IMG/VR virus record: IMGVR_UViG_3300044609_000960
Span: 64,001 to 128,000 of that record
Direction: 5' to 3' (one strand)
DNA: 64,000 nt
DNA from: a virus
Both the position numbers and the translations under genes were made by a program. Positions 42,301-51,445 of this stretch are shown in pieces (within the stretch, counting starts at the first letter, position 1; the number at the start of each line of letters is the position of its first letter). A model generated the notes under the pieces. It saw only the letters and a list, made by a program, of their open reading frames with translations. It had not been told where the DNA came from and searched no databases.

Positions 42301-42391
42301 ACGAGTCTTTGAAAGAGCTGGAGTCCCACGTATCGAAGAACGTATTAAAATAGCCGAACAAATCTTCCCTAGTTTTAACTGTTCGAGATGA
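39383..42391 (+). CDS. Baseplate hub (gpD/gp27-like) with inserted M23 peptidase domains and a C-terminal phage tail lysozyme
   Basis: Hub-like N-terminus; GSTGRSTGPHLH and HNGVD M23 motifs; C-terminal AGVVANAIWES...GIFQW...QMGYFVKEL...FERVFERAG of the Phage_lysozyme2 type. Confidence 0.8.
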   Translation: MSSLYRCRTRVAYKPFKSERLIVFEERQIQDLSVKLKWNNTFSSMNSQGGESASAYTSGISQSTCQVTLSDPYLTGAAWPALFDAASMYSASNTAQTNNILLRPCEEGQDPIRDKCFPYASIDDRELINSDGTSRPLTDTLAHLVISFWYEVGGTSFGTDYYFRVNRISVSHGANFPSVTLAGVEPKALVFNQNLINVKFDEGMTVEEALKKIAEESGYKASFCVPPTESQSKPYILPRSIIYKGVTPDEAMKKLIGATGGSMLSLPVKEYGNRVSVCSRGEITQSCTVFYLGKGLYESYEINGEPPTTFAQRNSQTGATINEADPYVSASFSADKYSLKEVIKQKRIKALQNVNKVTFQGLFEPCEKRCQGPLSTGYGWKGVGPTVENKKYTQTNLYGIAPSGTKSISYLPGKVQSASGDEGKVVIKTEFWLQICKEDASEKCFGRYIFQESTNLSEVKVKNGDEVKVSQQIGSSTSDKKELVRFYILGHGTDFVTIDPQLVWNWASPAETAADFQDKNAPSSPNQQSNPPSTANGDNLIGRVGSTGRSTGPHLHAEWEDKRPITAAQVFKYVRFGGGNPQVSSTYRSASRPNHNGVDIEADLGTPLYIQGGAGGLNKQEGYSGGFGNNVLISTPEGNMLLAHLQDKSIPSNLPGLTSSDSAGNVSPTISTAASNKALTVETSFKGVPRALRITPGRTILSFITDYDKWVENGGPRGEDPSTDPGVWLPSRFRNWFVNEVEFVWRQGDLRVNVEASSPWGNSIISAPTFPEYLQGQQSAGEFEITKDYYGYIRSIGDLCFPIKKSDTGELTNSCKELCKEAQEFYKQFGSGEGTTTDPGSGAGAGSQTGFPVGKCQYTGTSYDQSKVNKIINAAYAGGIRTNIGLAGVVANAIWESRLDPKARGDNGDAWGIFQWNSRRPGLIAYANSVGGSPDNFDVQMGYFVKELKGSESATIPAVNGASTLAEATRQFERVFERAGVPRIEERIKIAEQIFPSFNCSR

Positions 42392-43068
42392 TACCAAAGG
42401 TAATTGCAAGTGGGATAATGGCCGCGGTATTAAACTCGGCTAAAAAGGAACTTCTTGAGACCGCAAAATCTCAAATCATAAAATCTCAAAAGGAAGCATT
42501 ACGTAAAGACCTACTTGCTAAAGTCACTGCCCAATACACCAAGGAAGCAGAACATAACTTCACCCAATATATCCAGGCCCTCGAATCTGCTAATGTTGAG
42601 ATTAGTTTTGAAGGGAAGCCAGGACAGGCTTTTATTAATAAGGCACAGTCAGCAGTAAATGAACTTGAGAGTTATTTAGATAATCAAAATCCAGACGGGG
42701 CTGTGATACAATTCTTAAAAAAACGATATGGGGAAGAGGGAATTAATATTATCACCGGGAGACTTTACGCGGGGCATTATGTCGGCAAGAAGTCACAAGG
42801 GGTTTATGAAGTTGCGAATAAGATGGGATATGCTGCCCCAGTAGATAAAAGAAAACCTTGGTTGTCTAGCGAGAAGACAACTCAAGGTCTGGAGGATATG
42901 TTGGCAAATGCTGCTAAGGAGATTTTTGAATTAACTTTTGAAGACTTGGATCTATCTTCGGATATTGCTCTGTTAAAATTTTCTGGACAGGGATTCAAAC
43001 CACCTCAAAAAATATCAAATAAACCACCAAAAGGTAAATCTAGTCCTAAGAAGAAAAAGAAAAAATAA
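42388..43068 (+). CDS. Possible neck/tail-completion protein (HK97-gp10-like)
   Basis: ITGRLYAG...YEVANKMGYAAPV...PWL pattern and a Lys-rich C-terminal tail. Confidence 0.45.
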   Translation: MIPKVIASGIMAAVLNSAKKELLETAKSQIIKSQKEALRKDLLAKVTAQYTKEAEHNFTQYIQALESANVEISFEGKPGQAFINKAQSAVNELESYLDNQNPDGAVIQFLKKRYGEEGINIITGRLYAGHYVGKKSQGVYEVANKMGYAAPVDKRKPWLSSEKTTQGLEDMLANAAKEIFELTFEDLDLSSDIALLKFSGQGFKPPQKISNKPPKGKSSPKKKKKK

Positions 43069-43069
43069 C

Positions 43070-43768
43070 CTAACCATAATACTTAGCACCTTTGGCTAAA
43101 TTAGCCTTAGCACTTAAGGCTTGAAGTTGAGCATTCATTGCGTGATAATCAAACCAACTCTCAGCAAGGGTTGTGTCTTTAAAGTAACATTTAGTTCCTC
43201 TACAATGTACATCAATCCGTTCCAAATCTATCTTTTCTTCCCTACACCATTCTTCGACTAAGTTTTTAAATGGATAGGTGTGGTCGATATGGAACTCACC
43301 TGAGTTAATGAATTCACCACTCATCGCGCATTTTAATGGTTTTCTTTTGAGTTGGCGATTTACACTGAGTCTAAATGTTTTAATTTGAGGCTCGATGATT
43401 TGTCTCATCGCTATAAGTGCCTCTTTTTTATTTTGCTTATATTCGGGGATAGCTATTGCCCTAGGGAAAAGTTCATCAGTGACTTTACCTTTCCCCAGCC
43501 AAATTTCCCTCTTAGACCTAGAGGTAATCATCACAATTCCTCTGACGGCCTTACCTTGAAACTTCTTATTGCGTATCTTGTACTTTACCTCGCCACGATC
43601 TTTAATCGCCTTCCATTTAGGAATCAGATCAATAACCTCATCAAGGAAATCCTTATCTGTTCCTTTTACAAAGTAGTTAGATTCTGTTCCATAGACAACT
43701 TCTGTCCACTTTTTTTCGAACCCTCCCTTCGTGTATTCGTTTCCTTGGATGGATATGACGCGTCGCAT
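43070..43768 (-). CDS. DUF3223/HNH-like nuclease-fold protein
   Basis: AMRQIIEPQI...CAMSG...FHIDHTYPFKNLV...WFDYH...LQALSAKANL. Confidence 0.55.
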   Translation of the reverse strand: MRRVISIQGNEYTKGGFEKKWTEVVYGTESNYFVKGTDKDFLDEVIDLIPKWKAIKDRGEVKYKIRNKKFQGKAVRGIVMITSRSKREIWLGKGKVTDELFPRAIAIPEYKQNKKEALIAMRQIIEPQIKTFRLSVNRQLKRKPLKCAMSGEFINSGEFHIDHTYPFKNLVEEWCREEKIDLERIDVHCRGTKCYFKDTTLAESWFDYHAMNAQLQALSAKANLAKGAKYYG

Positions 43769-44451
43769 AGTATAAATTCGATAAGTTGTTCTGAATATTT
43801 CTTGATATCATCAGCATTTTTAAGATGAGGATTCTTTCTAACCAAGGTAGATACAGAACGTTTTTTAACTAAATAGTCAGTAAGAAAAGTTTCATCAACT
43901 GGGTCTAGATCAGTGATTTTATGGAGAAGGTCACGATGGCTCATCATAAAGTCCCCCATTGTCATCTCTGATTCATACTCTGGTTCAATGATGTTCGAGT
44001 ATTCAGTAACCTGGGAAAAACTCATTGCAAATGCTTGACGTACTGCACGGATTTTTTTAACAGATACCTGGATTTTTTCGGCGATCTGCTCATCGGTAAT
44101 GTCTGGATCAGTAGTTGTATATTTCCTAATCTTTAAATAAAGATCGGAATATGATCTGGGGATCTTTACCAATCTAGAATTATCTCTGAGATAATTTAGC
44201 ATATGAAACTGTAAACATCTATTCACCCAGGTAGAAAAATTTGCACCTTTACTCTGATCCCAAGAGTCATAGATTTTTACAATATACTCAAGGGCGGCGT
44301 CTCTAAGTTCTTCATAAGGAAGCCCTGTAAAACTTGAGATTTTTTTCGCTACCTGCGAGGCCTTCCACATTTGGGAGATGATTTGCTCATCTCGTTCTGA
44401 TTTTTGCCTACGTGATTTACGACGTGATTGCTTATCTTGTTCTACAGTCAT
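43666..44451 (-). CDS. Phage-encoded sigma-70 family factor, SigF/SigB-like (group 3)
   Basis: Region 2 YEELRDAA...WDQSKGANFSTWV...LNYLRDNSRLVKIPR and region 3 ITDEQIAEKIQVSVKKI; region 4 looks degenerate. Confidence 0.88.
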   Translation of the reverse strand: MTVEQDKQSRRKSRRQKSERDEQIISQMWKASQVAKKISSFTGLPYEELRDAALEYIVKIYDSWDQSKGANFSTWVNRCLQFHMLNYLRDNSRLVKIPRSYSDLYLKIRKYTTTDPDITDEQIAEKIQVSVKKIRAVRQAFAMSFSQVTEYSNIIEPEYESEMTMGDFMMSHRDLLHKITDLDPVDETFLTDYLVKKRSVSTLVRKNPHLKNADDIKKYSEQLIEFILCDASYPSKETNTRREGSKKSGQKLSMEQNLTTL

Positions 44452-44762
44452 GCTTTTTCGATGGCTCCTATGATAAAATCTTTGAGTTGAGACTGAGCTA
44501 AAATACCGTCTATGTTTAATCCTAAGAGTTGAGCATCACGATCAAAAACAGCAAAGTTCGGAGTACCATCGCATTCAATCTGGTCACAAAATGCCCAGTT
44601 ATCTGATGTTACGTCCCATTCCCCAAATCCCACCGAATAATGTGGGTACTCTTCAGCGATTACGTTAGCCGTTTCTGCCCATACAGGTTTCATAGCATTG
44701 CATGCCGCGCAACCTGGCTGGTGAAAAAATACAACTCTATATTTAAATTGTTGATCTGTCAT
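44448..44762 (-). CDS. Thioredoxin-fold protein
   Basis: VVFFHQPGCAACNAMKPVW (CxxC) and the cis-Pro motif GTPNF. The likely start is MTDQQ at 44762, which avoids overlap with the terminase. Confidence 0.85.
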   Translation of the reverse strand: MTDQQFKYRVVFFHQPGCAACNAMKPVWAETANVIAEEYPHYSVGFGEWDVTSDNWAFCDQIECDGTPNFAVFDRDAQLLGLNIDGILAQSQLKDFIIGAIEKA

Positions 44763-44796
44763 AATGATAAGTATTCCTGCAGGTAATACGTTATGT

Positions 44797-44805
44797 ATTA
44801 TACCA
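44797..44805 (-). promoter_or_regulatory. Extended -10 promoter TGGTATAAT for the trx-sigma operon
   Basis: Perfect TGnTATAAT directly after the terminase stop, 34 nt before ATG 44762. Confidence 0.65.
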
Positions 44806-46422
44806 TTAAAGATATTTTGTAGCGGATCCTTTGCTACTTCCCATGGTAGTATTGACTTTACCCACTTCACTAGAAAGTCTTCTAGATCCACCTCGGTAGA
44901 ATGGGTCATGGACTAGGCGCGGTAATTCCTTTCTGTCCCCTCCATGGACGGTTCTACCACCCATAATCTCATCTCGATAAACGGTCACTCCATACACGAA
45001 AGCGTCTACAAAGTCGTCGTTTTTGATAAATGGGAAAGAGGTTAATTCCGCTGTTCTTTCCGCCAATGAGGGTAGGTTCTCGTAAAGAGAGACGATCCCA
45101 TCCTCTACAAGCGGGGCAATTGCGTTTGCCCTAAGTACCTTGTCTTTATTAGGTACTAATTCTTTAATCGAGATATTAATGGTTCTCTTTAGAGTTTGAA
45201 TCAAAGGGACTCCTTGGGCTCTACCCTCAATATATACACATCTTAGTTTCCAAGTTTTAACAAGTTGGGGGAAGATCTTCTCAAGATCTGGGAACTCCAT
45301 TCGATCGAGGATATAATGAATGAGATGAAGTTTACTTTCACGTTTGTCATATCCCCAGATACAAATTGCAGTATAATCATTCATCCTATCGGCCTTATAG
45401 GCCGTGTCGATAGTGGCATAGATGTAGGAATATTTACTCTTATTCTTTGAATGATACCCAAACCAATGTTCTTTAAAGATTGCACCCTGCTCACCGGCTG
45501 GTCTGCCTTGGTATAAGGAATTAAAGTCTCTATCGCCGATTGATTTCTTGATCGCCTCAAGGTTCTCCACAGGAAAAAACTGAGGCCAATGAGACTCACC
45601 CAATCTTCTCCCGAGAACATCGTTCTCTTCATCTGTACATAGAGCAGGTACATTAAGCTCCTTCCAGCCTTCGGGGTCAGCCTTAAGCAATCTACCAATC
45701 ACATCATCTACATGAAAGCGAGTTCCCATGGAAATGATTCCATGGTTAGGAAGACCACGGGTTAAGAACTGAGCCTGGGTCCAAGCAAATGTACTCTCCA
45801 TGACCGTGGGTGAGTTACCATCAGCGAGAAGGTCATCTAGAATCCCAACTCCAGGGAGTTCACTGTCATCAATTACGCCAAAACCAAATCCGGTAACGTT
45901 ACCCCCAGCCGATGCCATCTTAATCAGACCACCATTGTTGTTTCGGATGGCACTTAAATTAGATTTATCTCTATCTACCTCGCATTCAGGAAAGAGCCAT
46001 GCAAAACTCTCATGGGAGATATACTCAATCACTGCTCTAGAGTTTTCGTTGGTGAGTTGGAGCGCATAAGAGCTCATGATAAATTGGGCAGTGGGGCTCC
46101 GACCCATTTGCCATGATGGAAAAACCTTGGAGATAAGCAAAGACTTCCCTGTTCTCGGAGGTAGGGAGATAGCACTTTGCTTATAATCTTTGTCTCCGTC
46201 TCCAATCTTTTGTAGAAAGTTACCGATTACCTCATGGACATGGAATGGTTGAAACTTTCCAGCAATAGGAACTTCTGATGTTATAAATCGAGCATATGTT
46301 AAGAAGTCTGTTCGACATTTAAGTCGAAGGAGTTCTTGTTTGTCTGAAGGTGAAAGGGAAGAAATATTCCCTTCCATCTCTTTAACAATCTGCCTTTCCT
46401 TCGCGGCTTCTACCTTGTTCAT
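44806..46422 (-). CDS. terL: Terminase large subunit
   Basis: LPPRTGKS Walker A, GILDDL Walker B, GTRFH, RNase H-like acidic motifs IDTAYK and DDFVDA. Confidence 0.95.
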   Translation of the reverse strand: MNKVEAAKERQIVKEMEGNISSLSPSDKQELLRLKCRTDFLTYARFITSEVPIAGKFQPFHVHEVIGNFLQKIGDGDKDYKQSAISLPPRTGKSLLISKVFPSWQMGRSPTAQFIMSSYALQLTNENSRAVIEYISHESFAWLFPECEVDRDKSNLSAIRNNNGGLIKMASAGGNVTGFGFGVIDDSELPGVGILDDLLADGNSPTVMESTFAWTQAQFLTRGLPNHGIISMGTRFHVDDVIGRLLKADPEGWKELNVPALCTDEENDVLGRRLGESHWPQFFPVENLEAIKKSIGDRDFNSLYQGRPAGEQGAIFKEHWFGYHSKNKSKYSYIYATIDTAYKADRMNDYTAICIWGYDKRESKLHLIHYILDRMEFPDLEKIFPQLVKTWKLRCVYIEGRAQGVPLIQTLKRTINISIKELVPNKDKVLRANAIAPLVEDGIVSLYENLPSLAERTAELTSFPFIKNDDFVDAFVYGVTVYRDEIMGGRTVHGGDRKELPRLVHDPFYRGGSRRLSSEVGKVNTTMGSSKGSATKYL

Positions 46423-49297
46423 AATTTATCTGGTCTAAGAGAGATGAGATTTGTTGTTGGTCAGGTGGCAGATCAAAATACTTTGTGGGCAATGAATTAC
46501 CTAATAGAGATGAAGGTTCTGGTGGCTCTGGTGAATTTATCTTAGACTCTAAAGAGTCTTTAAGCACTTTATCTTTGTTATTGGTTGTCTTACATCCATC
46601 GAAATTAATTGGAACATCAGGATTGAAGAGTCCAAGGACAATATCCGCTGCCTCAAGGAGGCCTTCTCCAGGGGAGAGTTGCTTCCATTCCTTATGAGCA
46701 GGTTTGAGGGCTTTATTAATTGTTAATGTTGCTTCAGTTCGAGATTTTTTACTTAACTTGGGAATTTGTTTGATATTTTTGTTTGTAAGTACAAGGGCTG
46801 GTGTCTTTGCAACTCCAATTCTTGGACCATCTTTAGTTCCGTCTAAACGTTTAACATACTGATAAAGGTCCATAATCGCCCTAGCGTGCTCTGTCATATC
46901 TTTTAGGGCTAGAGGAAAATAAGAGAAGTTAGATGAGAAAAATTTTCTCATTGTACGATATTGAGCATCAATTAACTTTCTCTCAATAGACTCCACCTTA
47001 GAGATATTATTATCTGCTTGCTTAAGAGCCTTTTCAATAGCCTCTAACGAATAAATAAGTTCTGAGAAAAGCTCTGGGAAGTCAGCATTCTTTGCACCCT
47101 CCATTCTATCAGCAAGGTCTTTCAACCTACTAACAGCCTTAAGGATTTTTGTTAGATCAAAAGGATTCTTAACGCATAATTCCTCACCAATCTGAGTAGG
47201 AAGAAAGTCAGTGATTGGGTTATTATTATTATCTACTGGATTCCCACTAGGTGAATAGGAACTATGCCCACTCTTAAGTACATTGCCACAGGGGTCAAGG
47301 AGTCTATTCCCATCAGAATCTACCCCATGTTCTGTCTTTCTACATTTAGGGTCACATGGGCAATCCAATCCGCCCCCACCGAATAGTCCCCCAAGGCCGG
47401 GTATCCCGCCAAGGATAGATGAGACCGGGTTAATACCAGTAAGAGCAGAAAATGCGCTTAGGCCTAAACCTGCAGGTCCTAAGAATGAGGTGAATTGCCC
47501 ACCTAACCCAACTAACTGGAGCGCTGAGGTAGCCAATTGTGGTACACCCTGTAACCCGCCAAGACTAGGAATGCCTGGTAGGTTAGCAAAATTAGCGGCC
47601 ATCTGAGCAATTTCACCAAAATCCCCACCAGAAAGTTTCCCTAGAATATCCCCAGAAACCAAGTCAGTAAGACCACCGATCCCTCCTGCTGTAGAGATAA
47701 TCTGATTAATAGAATCTGGTAGGGATTGATCCAATGCCCCAACGGCACTACCGATAATATTATTGATGGAGAGAGGTTGACCATTTAGAATATCTTTACC
47801 AATGTCCCATACAGGGGATACGAATTGTGCTACCTCTGGAGGGAGCTGGGAGAGACCAAGCATCGCAGCACTATCAATAGCACCCAATGCTCCACCAGCC
47901 ATATATGCTGAATATACTCCGGCCACCTGAGAAGGTAGGCCATTGAATGCCTGATTGAGAGAGTTCTTGCCTATGATTTGCAGAGCAGAGTCAAGAGTAT
48001 TATTTCGTATACCCCTAGCCAGCACATCCCCTGCTCCTCCAGCAGTGCGAAGAATCGCTACCAACTCATCATCAATAACACCACCCCTATTTATGGCATT
48101 GGTTATCTGTGAAGTTAATGCAGCAATGGATTGATTAGAATTGTTTGCAATCGCAATCTTTGCAAGGTTGCTAAGCATATCCGCCCCGTTAAATTGCCCT
48201 GGAAGAGCATTTGCTGCGATCATTGCTTCCTTCAGGGCCGGATCTGAAGCAATAGGTGCCACTGCATTTCCGGCAGCCTTTAAGATTTCTTTACCTGCTT
48301 TACCAACAAAATCTTGGGAGGAAGGTGATGCATTTTGAGCTAGGGCCTCCATGGGTTTTTTAGAAGCCAAGAAGTCCTTTCTGGACATTGGCTTTTCACC
48401 CGGATAGAATTGTACTGGTCTCCGAGTACCGGGATGGACCCATTTCATCTGGCCTTGGTAGCGGAGACAAATCGCCAGCTCAGAGTTATCACCGGGGTCT
48501 ATGATTGCCTCCATCCCATGATTCTTCTCAGTGCAAGAAGGGAGTGTAGTTCGGAATACTAACGGAGGTGAAGATACTGGGCTCCATGAGAAATCACCAT
48601 TCTCATCCCTACGGCACATTAGCATCGTCGAGCGAAACTTCCGATCCTCCGCAAACTCTCTTATCTCCCCCTCAAGTGCCTGAGAGCATTTAGGCATTCC
48701 AGACTTCTTAGAAAGATTGGTATTTATCTGCGATTCCACCACTCCAGGATCAAATCCCTTCTCAACTAGTTTGCCATGGGTAAGGGATTTCCATGCATAG
48801 ACCGGATCCCCACCTTCTTGGGTATTATTTCTTCTGAGGCAAATAATAACATCTTGATTTACCTCATTCTCAAGGAGATACATCCGTCCAGCATTATCTT
48901 CATTGCATCTCATACCGGGATCGGAGGCAATACTTCCTGCCTCCATTTGCTCACCAAGTACTGTGAGTTGGATAGGCGTACCTACACCACTCCCTCTAGG
49001 ATCTTTATTAAATATCTGACTTACAAATGCGTCGTTAGTATTACCTCCGGCTTTGGAAAGGAGGCAAGGAGCACCGATATATTGCGAACTTAGTTGGCCC
49101 TTATGACTACCTTGTACATACACCCAGTCACTTGTAATCCCCGAGTAAAGTACCTTAACCCTCCCAAGTCTTTTAGGATCTGACACAGAGACAATAGTCC
49201 CAATCTCATTAAATGGATCTCCAAAGGGTCCGCCTATAGCCTCCGAGGTGCGGAGGCTAAGTTCTTTCATTGTCTGTAGGTCGTCAAAAAATCCCAT
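46382..49297 (-). CDS. Baseplate spike/puncturing protein (gpV/gp5 OB-fold N-terminus) with long Gly-rich extension
   Basis: GTIVSVSDPKRLGRVKV...SDWV OB-fold signature, three Cys-paired repeats and a Gly/Ala/Leu-rich middle. Confidence 0.75.
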   Translation of the reverse strand: MGFFDDLQTMKELSLRTSEAIGGPFGDPFNEIGTIVSVSDPKRLGRVKVLYSGITSDWVYVQGSHKGQLSSQYIGAPCLLSKAGGNTNDAFVSQIFNKDPRGSGVGTPIQLTVLGEQMEAGSIASDPGMRCNEDNAGRMYLLENEVNQDVIICLRRNNTQEGGDPVYAWKSLTHGKLVEKGFDPGVVESQINTNLSKKSGMPKCSQALEGEIREFAEDRKFRSTMLMCRRDENGDFSWSPVSSPPLVFRTTLPSCTEKNHGMEAIIDPGDNSELAICLRYQGQMKWVHPGTRRPVQFYPGEKPMSRKDFLASKKPMEALAQNASPSSQDFVGKAGKEILKAAGNAVAPIASDPALKEAMIAANALPGQFNGADMLSNLAKIAIANNSNQSIAALTSQITNAINRGGVIDDELVAILRTAGGAGDVLARGIRNNTLDSALQIIGKNSLNQAFNGLPSQVAGVYSAYMAGGALGAIDSAAMLGLSQLPPEVAQFVSPVWDIGKDILNGQPLSINNIIGSAVGALDQSLPDSINQIISTAGGIGGLTDLVSGDILGKLSGGDFGEIAQMAANFANLPGIPSLGGLQGVPQLATSALQLVGLGGQFTSFLGPAGLGLSAFSALTGINPVSSILGGIPGLGGLFGGGGLDCPCDPKCRKTEHGVDSDGNRLLDPCGNVLKSGHSSYSPSGNPVDNNNNPITDFLPTQIGEELCVKNPFDLTKILKAVSRLKDLADRMEGAKNADFPELFSELIYSLEAIEKALKQADNNISKVESIERKLIDAQYRTMRKFFSSNFSYFPLALKDMTEHARAIMDLYQYVKRLDGTKDGPRIGVAKTPALVLTNKNIKQIPKLSKKSRTEATLTINKALKPAHKEWKQLSPGEGLLEAADIVLGLFNPDVPINFDGCKTTNNKDKVLKDSLESKINSPEPPEPSSLLGNSLPTKYFDLPPDQQQISSLLDQINYEQGRSREGKADC

Positions 49298-49300
49298 GTA

Positions 49301-51445
49301 TTAGTCCTCTTCTACAATCTCTGGCTCAAAAAAACCGTCTCCAACTGCCCATAGATCTGCAGAAAGATATGCATATTGAATATGTTTATTTAGGTTATCT
49401 GGTAACCAATTCTTAGAGATATAATTCACTCTATCCCAAGACTTACCGTCTCTATTATAGTAGTATGGAACTCTAAAAAATACATTCTTACTATCTTCAA
49501 CTGAAGTAACTCTAGATACTCCAGCCACTATTTGATTTGAATAGTTGTTAATAGCAAGATCAGATTCTCCACCTACCTGTAGAATTTCTGACTTATATGG
49601 CCATAAGGGAGGAGCATCAATTTCAACATTTCTAAGACCATTCTTTGGCCTTCTAACTAATACCTCTGAGGTAGTTCCATCCTCTTTTGTTAAAATTGAT
49701 GTATTTTTTATTTCAACCTCTTCCTCTGTATGGGCTTTAAGATCGAATATTGAAGATAAGAAAGCAAATGATAACACACTTCCTTTCGATTCCATAAGAC
49801 CATTCCATTTACCATCATAAATTTTTATGGAATTTGTTGGAGATAGTGATAGTATCTTAGAAGTACTATTATATGCTTTTTCTTTGTATAAATATTCGGA
49901 TGCTAATACATTTGAATTATAAGTAAGAGAACTCACCTCATCAAATTTAATTTTATTACTATTATCTTGGGAGGGATATGTCGTCCATAATTGACTCGAT
50001 ATAAAGGGGAATTTATTAAGCGCTTCGCCTTTGGGAGTTTTTATCTCACCAACACCTGGGAGGGTAAATGTTTTTTCACGATCATACCATCCGAAAGCAT
50101 TTTCGATCATCGCTACTTTGATCTTTCTTTCCCATCTACCATCCCATAGATCCCCAAATAGACCTACATGTTGCGCGAGCCAATCAAGAACCAGCGGAGA
50201 ACATGTCTCAAGATCGAGATAGTTCTGATAGAAAGATGCAATTTGGTCTTTCTTTGAGGAAAGAAACTCATCCACCCCACTTGTTAACCATTGAGCTGGG
50301 GATTCATTTTCAGAGAATAATGGATCAGAGCGATATGCCTCGGAAATACCTGGCAATCTAGAGTATACTGGACGCGCTATATCATTCTTAGAGTACTCAA
50401 GTACTCCTCTCTTTAGAGAACTTTTTGTTACCTGGATTATATTATTAAAAAGTTCTTTTACTCGGTTATATACGGTAATAATGAACTTAAAATTATCATG
50501 GACTCTTACTTCTTTATAGAGATATTCTTCCTCAATAATTAAAGCGCATTGCTCATACCACTCAGTAGGTAATGTGGAGAATACCTGTAACATCTCACCT
50601 TTAACTTCTTCTCTAACCCCATCTTCATAAAGAACTAAAGAAATGTACCCGTCCGACTTCTGTGGATAAAGGAGAGTCATGAACGACGAAATAAATCTAT
50701 CTCTTCTGTTTTCAAGACCTATTACATTTGTCTTAGGAGGATTATTTATCGCATCTAATCTCTCATCAATCACTCTTATTGCCTGATCTATAAAATCTTC
50801 TGAAAAATAATATTTTGGAGGGAGGTAAATTTTTGAATACTTAGAAGCCGGAGCATCGATATCTAATGTTAATGGACCGGATTCAGTGAAGGTTATTGCT
50901 TTACCTCTAAGTACAGAATGAAGTGATACTTCTTTTTCTACGTTTAAATAATATATCAAAGGAGCATTAGAATTATATGTATTACTTGACTGATATTTCC
51001 ACTTCTTATTTCTTACATAACTTAGTTTTCCAATAATACATTTACCAGGATTACAAAGAGTATCTTCTCCTTCACCGTCTTTACATATCAATCCTATTCT
51101 GGAGCAACTCTCCATTCCACCATGTTCTGTGCCACCAAGCGGATGCCCATGGGCGTAGATAGGAAATCCACCAAGAGTTGGATCTTCTGAAATTACCTCG
51201 GTATTGGAATACGTATGTCCAATGTTTTTATATACAAATCCATCAAGAGTTAAATTGCCACTTTGAACCGAAATTACTCTATCTCTAGGAGAGTTAATAT
51301 CTTTTGATTCAAAAACAATATTCCCTAACTTATGAGCAAATATTTTTTGCTTTTTTGTTCTATCAAACTCTAAGATAATATGAGCTGAAGAAAGGGAGGG
51401 ATTATTTTTTCTTGATTGTATACTATCCCAAACTGATAGATTCAT
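49301..51445 (-). CDS. Baseplate wedge protein (P2 gpI-like)
   Basis: YLDLETCSPLVLDWLAQHVGL...W motif; adjacent to the gpJ-like gene. Confidence 0.75.
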   Translation of the reverse strand: MNLSVWDSIQSRKNNPSLSSAHIILEFDRTKKQKIFAHKLGNIVFESKDINSPRDRVISVQSGNLTLDGFVYKNIGHTYSNTEVISEDPTLGGFPIYAHGHPLGGTEHGGMESCSRIGLICKDGEGEDTLCNPGKCIIGKLSYVRNKKWKYQSSNTYNSNAPLIYYLNVEKEVSLHSVLRGKAITFTESGPLTLDIDAPASKYSKIYLPPKYYFSEDFIDQAIRVIDERLDAINNPPKTNVIGLENRRDRFISSFMTLLYPQKSDGYISLVLYEDGVREEVKGEMLQVFSTLPTEWYEQCALIIEEEYLYKEVRVHDNFKFIITVYNRVKELFNNIIQVTKSSLKRGVLEYSKNDIARPVYSRLPGISEAYRSDPLFSENESPAQWLTSGVDEFLSSKKDQIASFYQNYLDLETCSPLVLDWLAQHVGLFGDLWDGRWERKIKVAMIENAFGWYDREKTFTLPGVGEIKTPKGEALNKFPFISSQLWTTYPSQDNSNKIKFDEVSSLTYNSNVLASEYLYKEKAYNSTSKILSLSPTNSIKIYDGKWNGLMESKGSVLSFAFLSSIFDLKAHTEEEVEIKNTSILTKEDGTTSEVLVRRPKNGLRNVEIDAPPLWPYKSEILQVGGESDLAINNYSNQIVAGVSRVTSVEDSKNVFFRVPYYYNRDGKSWDRVNYISKNWLPDNLNKHIQYAYLSADLWAVGDGFFEPEIVEED

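Noticed and set aside
44763-44909. N-terminal extension of the thioredoxin in the ORF track
   Set aside because: It overlaps the terminase C-terminus and lies upstream of or across the extended -10 promoter; ATG 44762 fits the fold.
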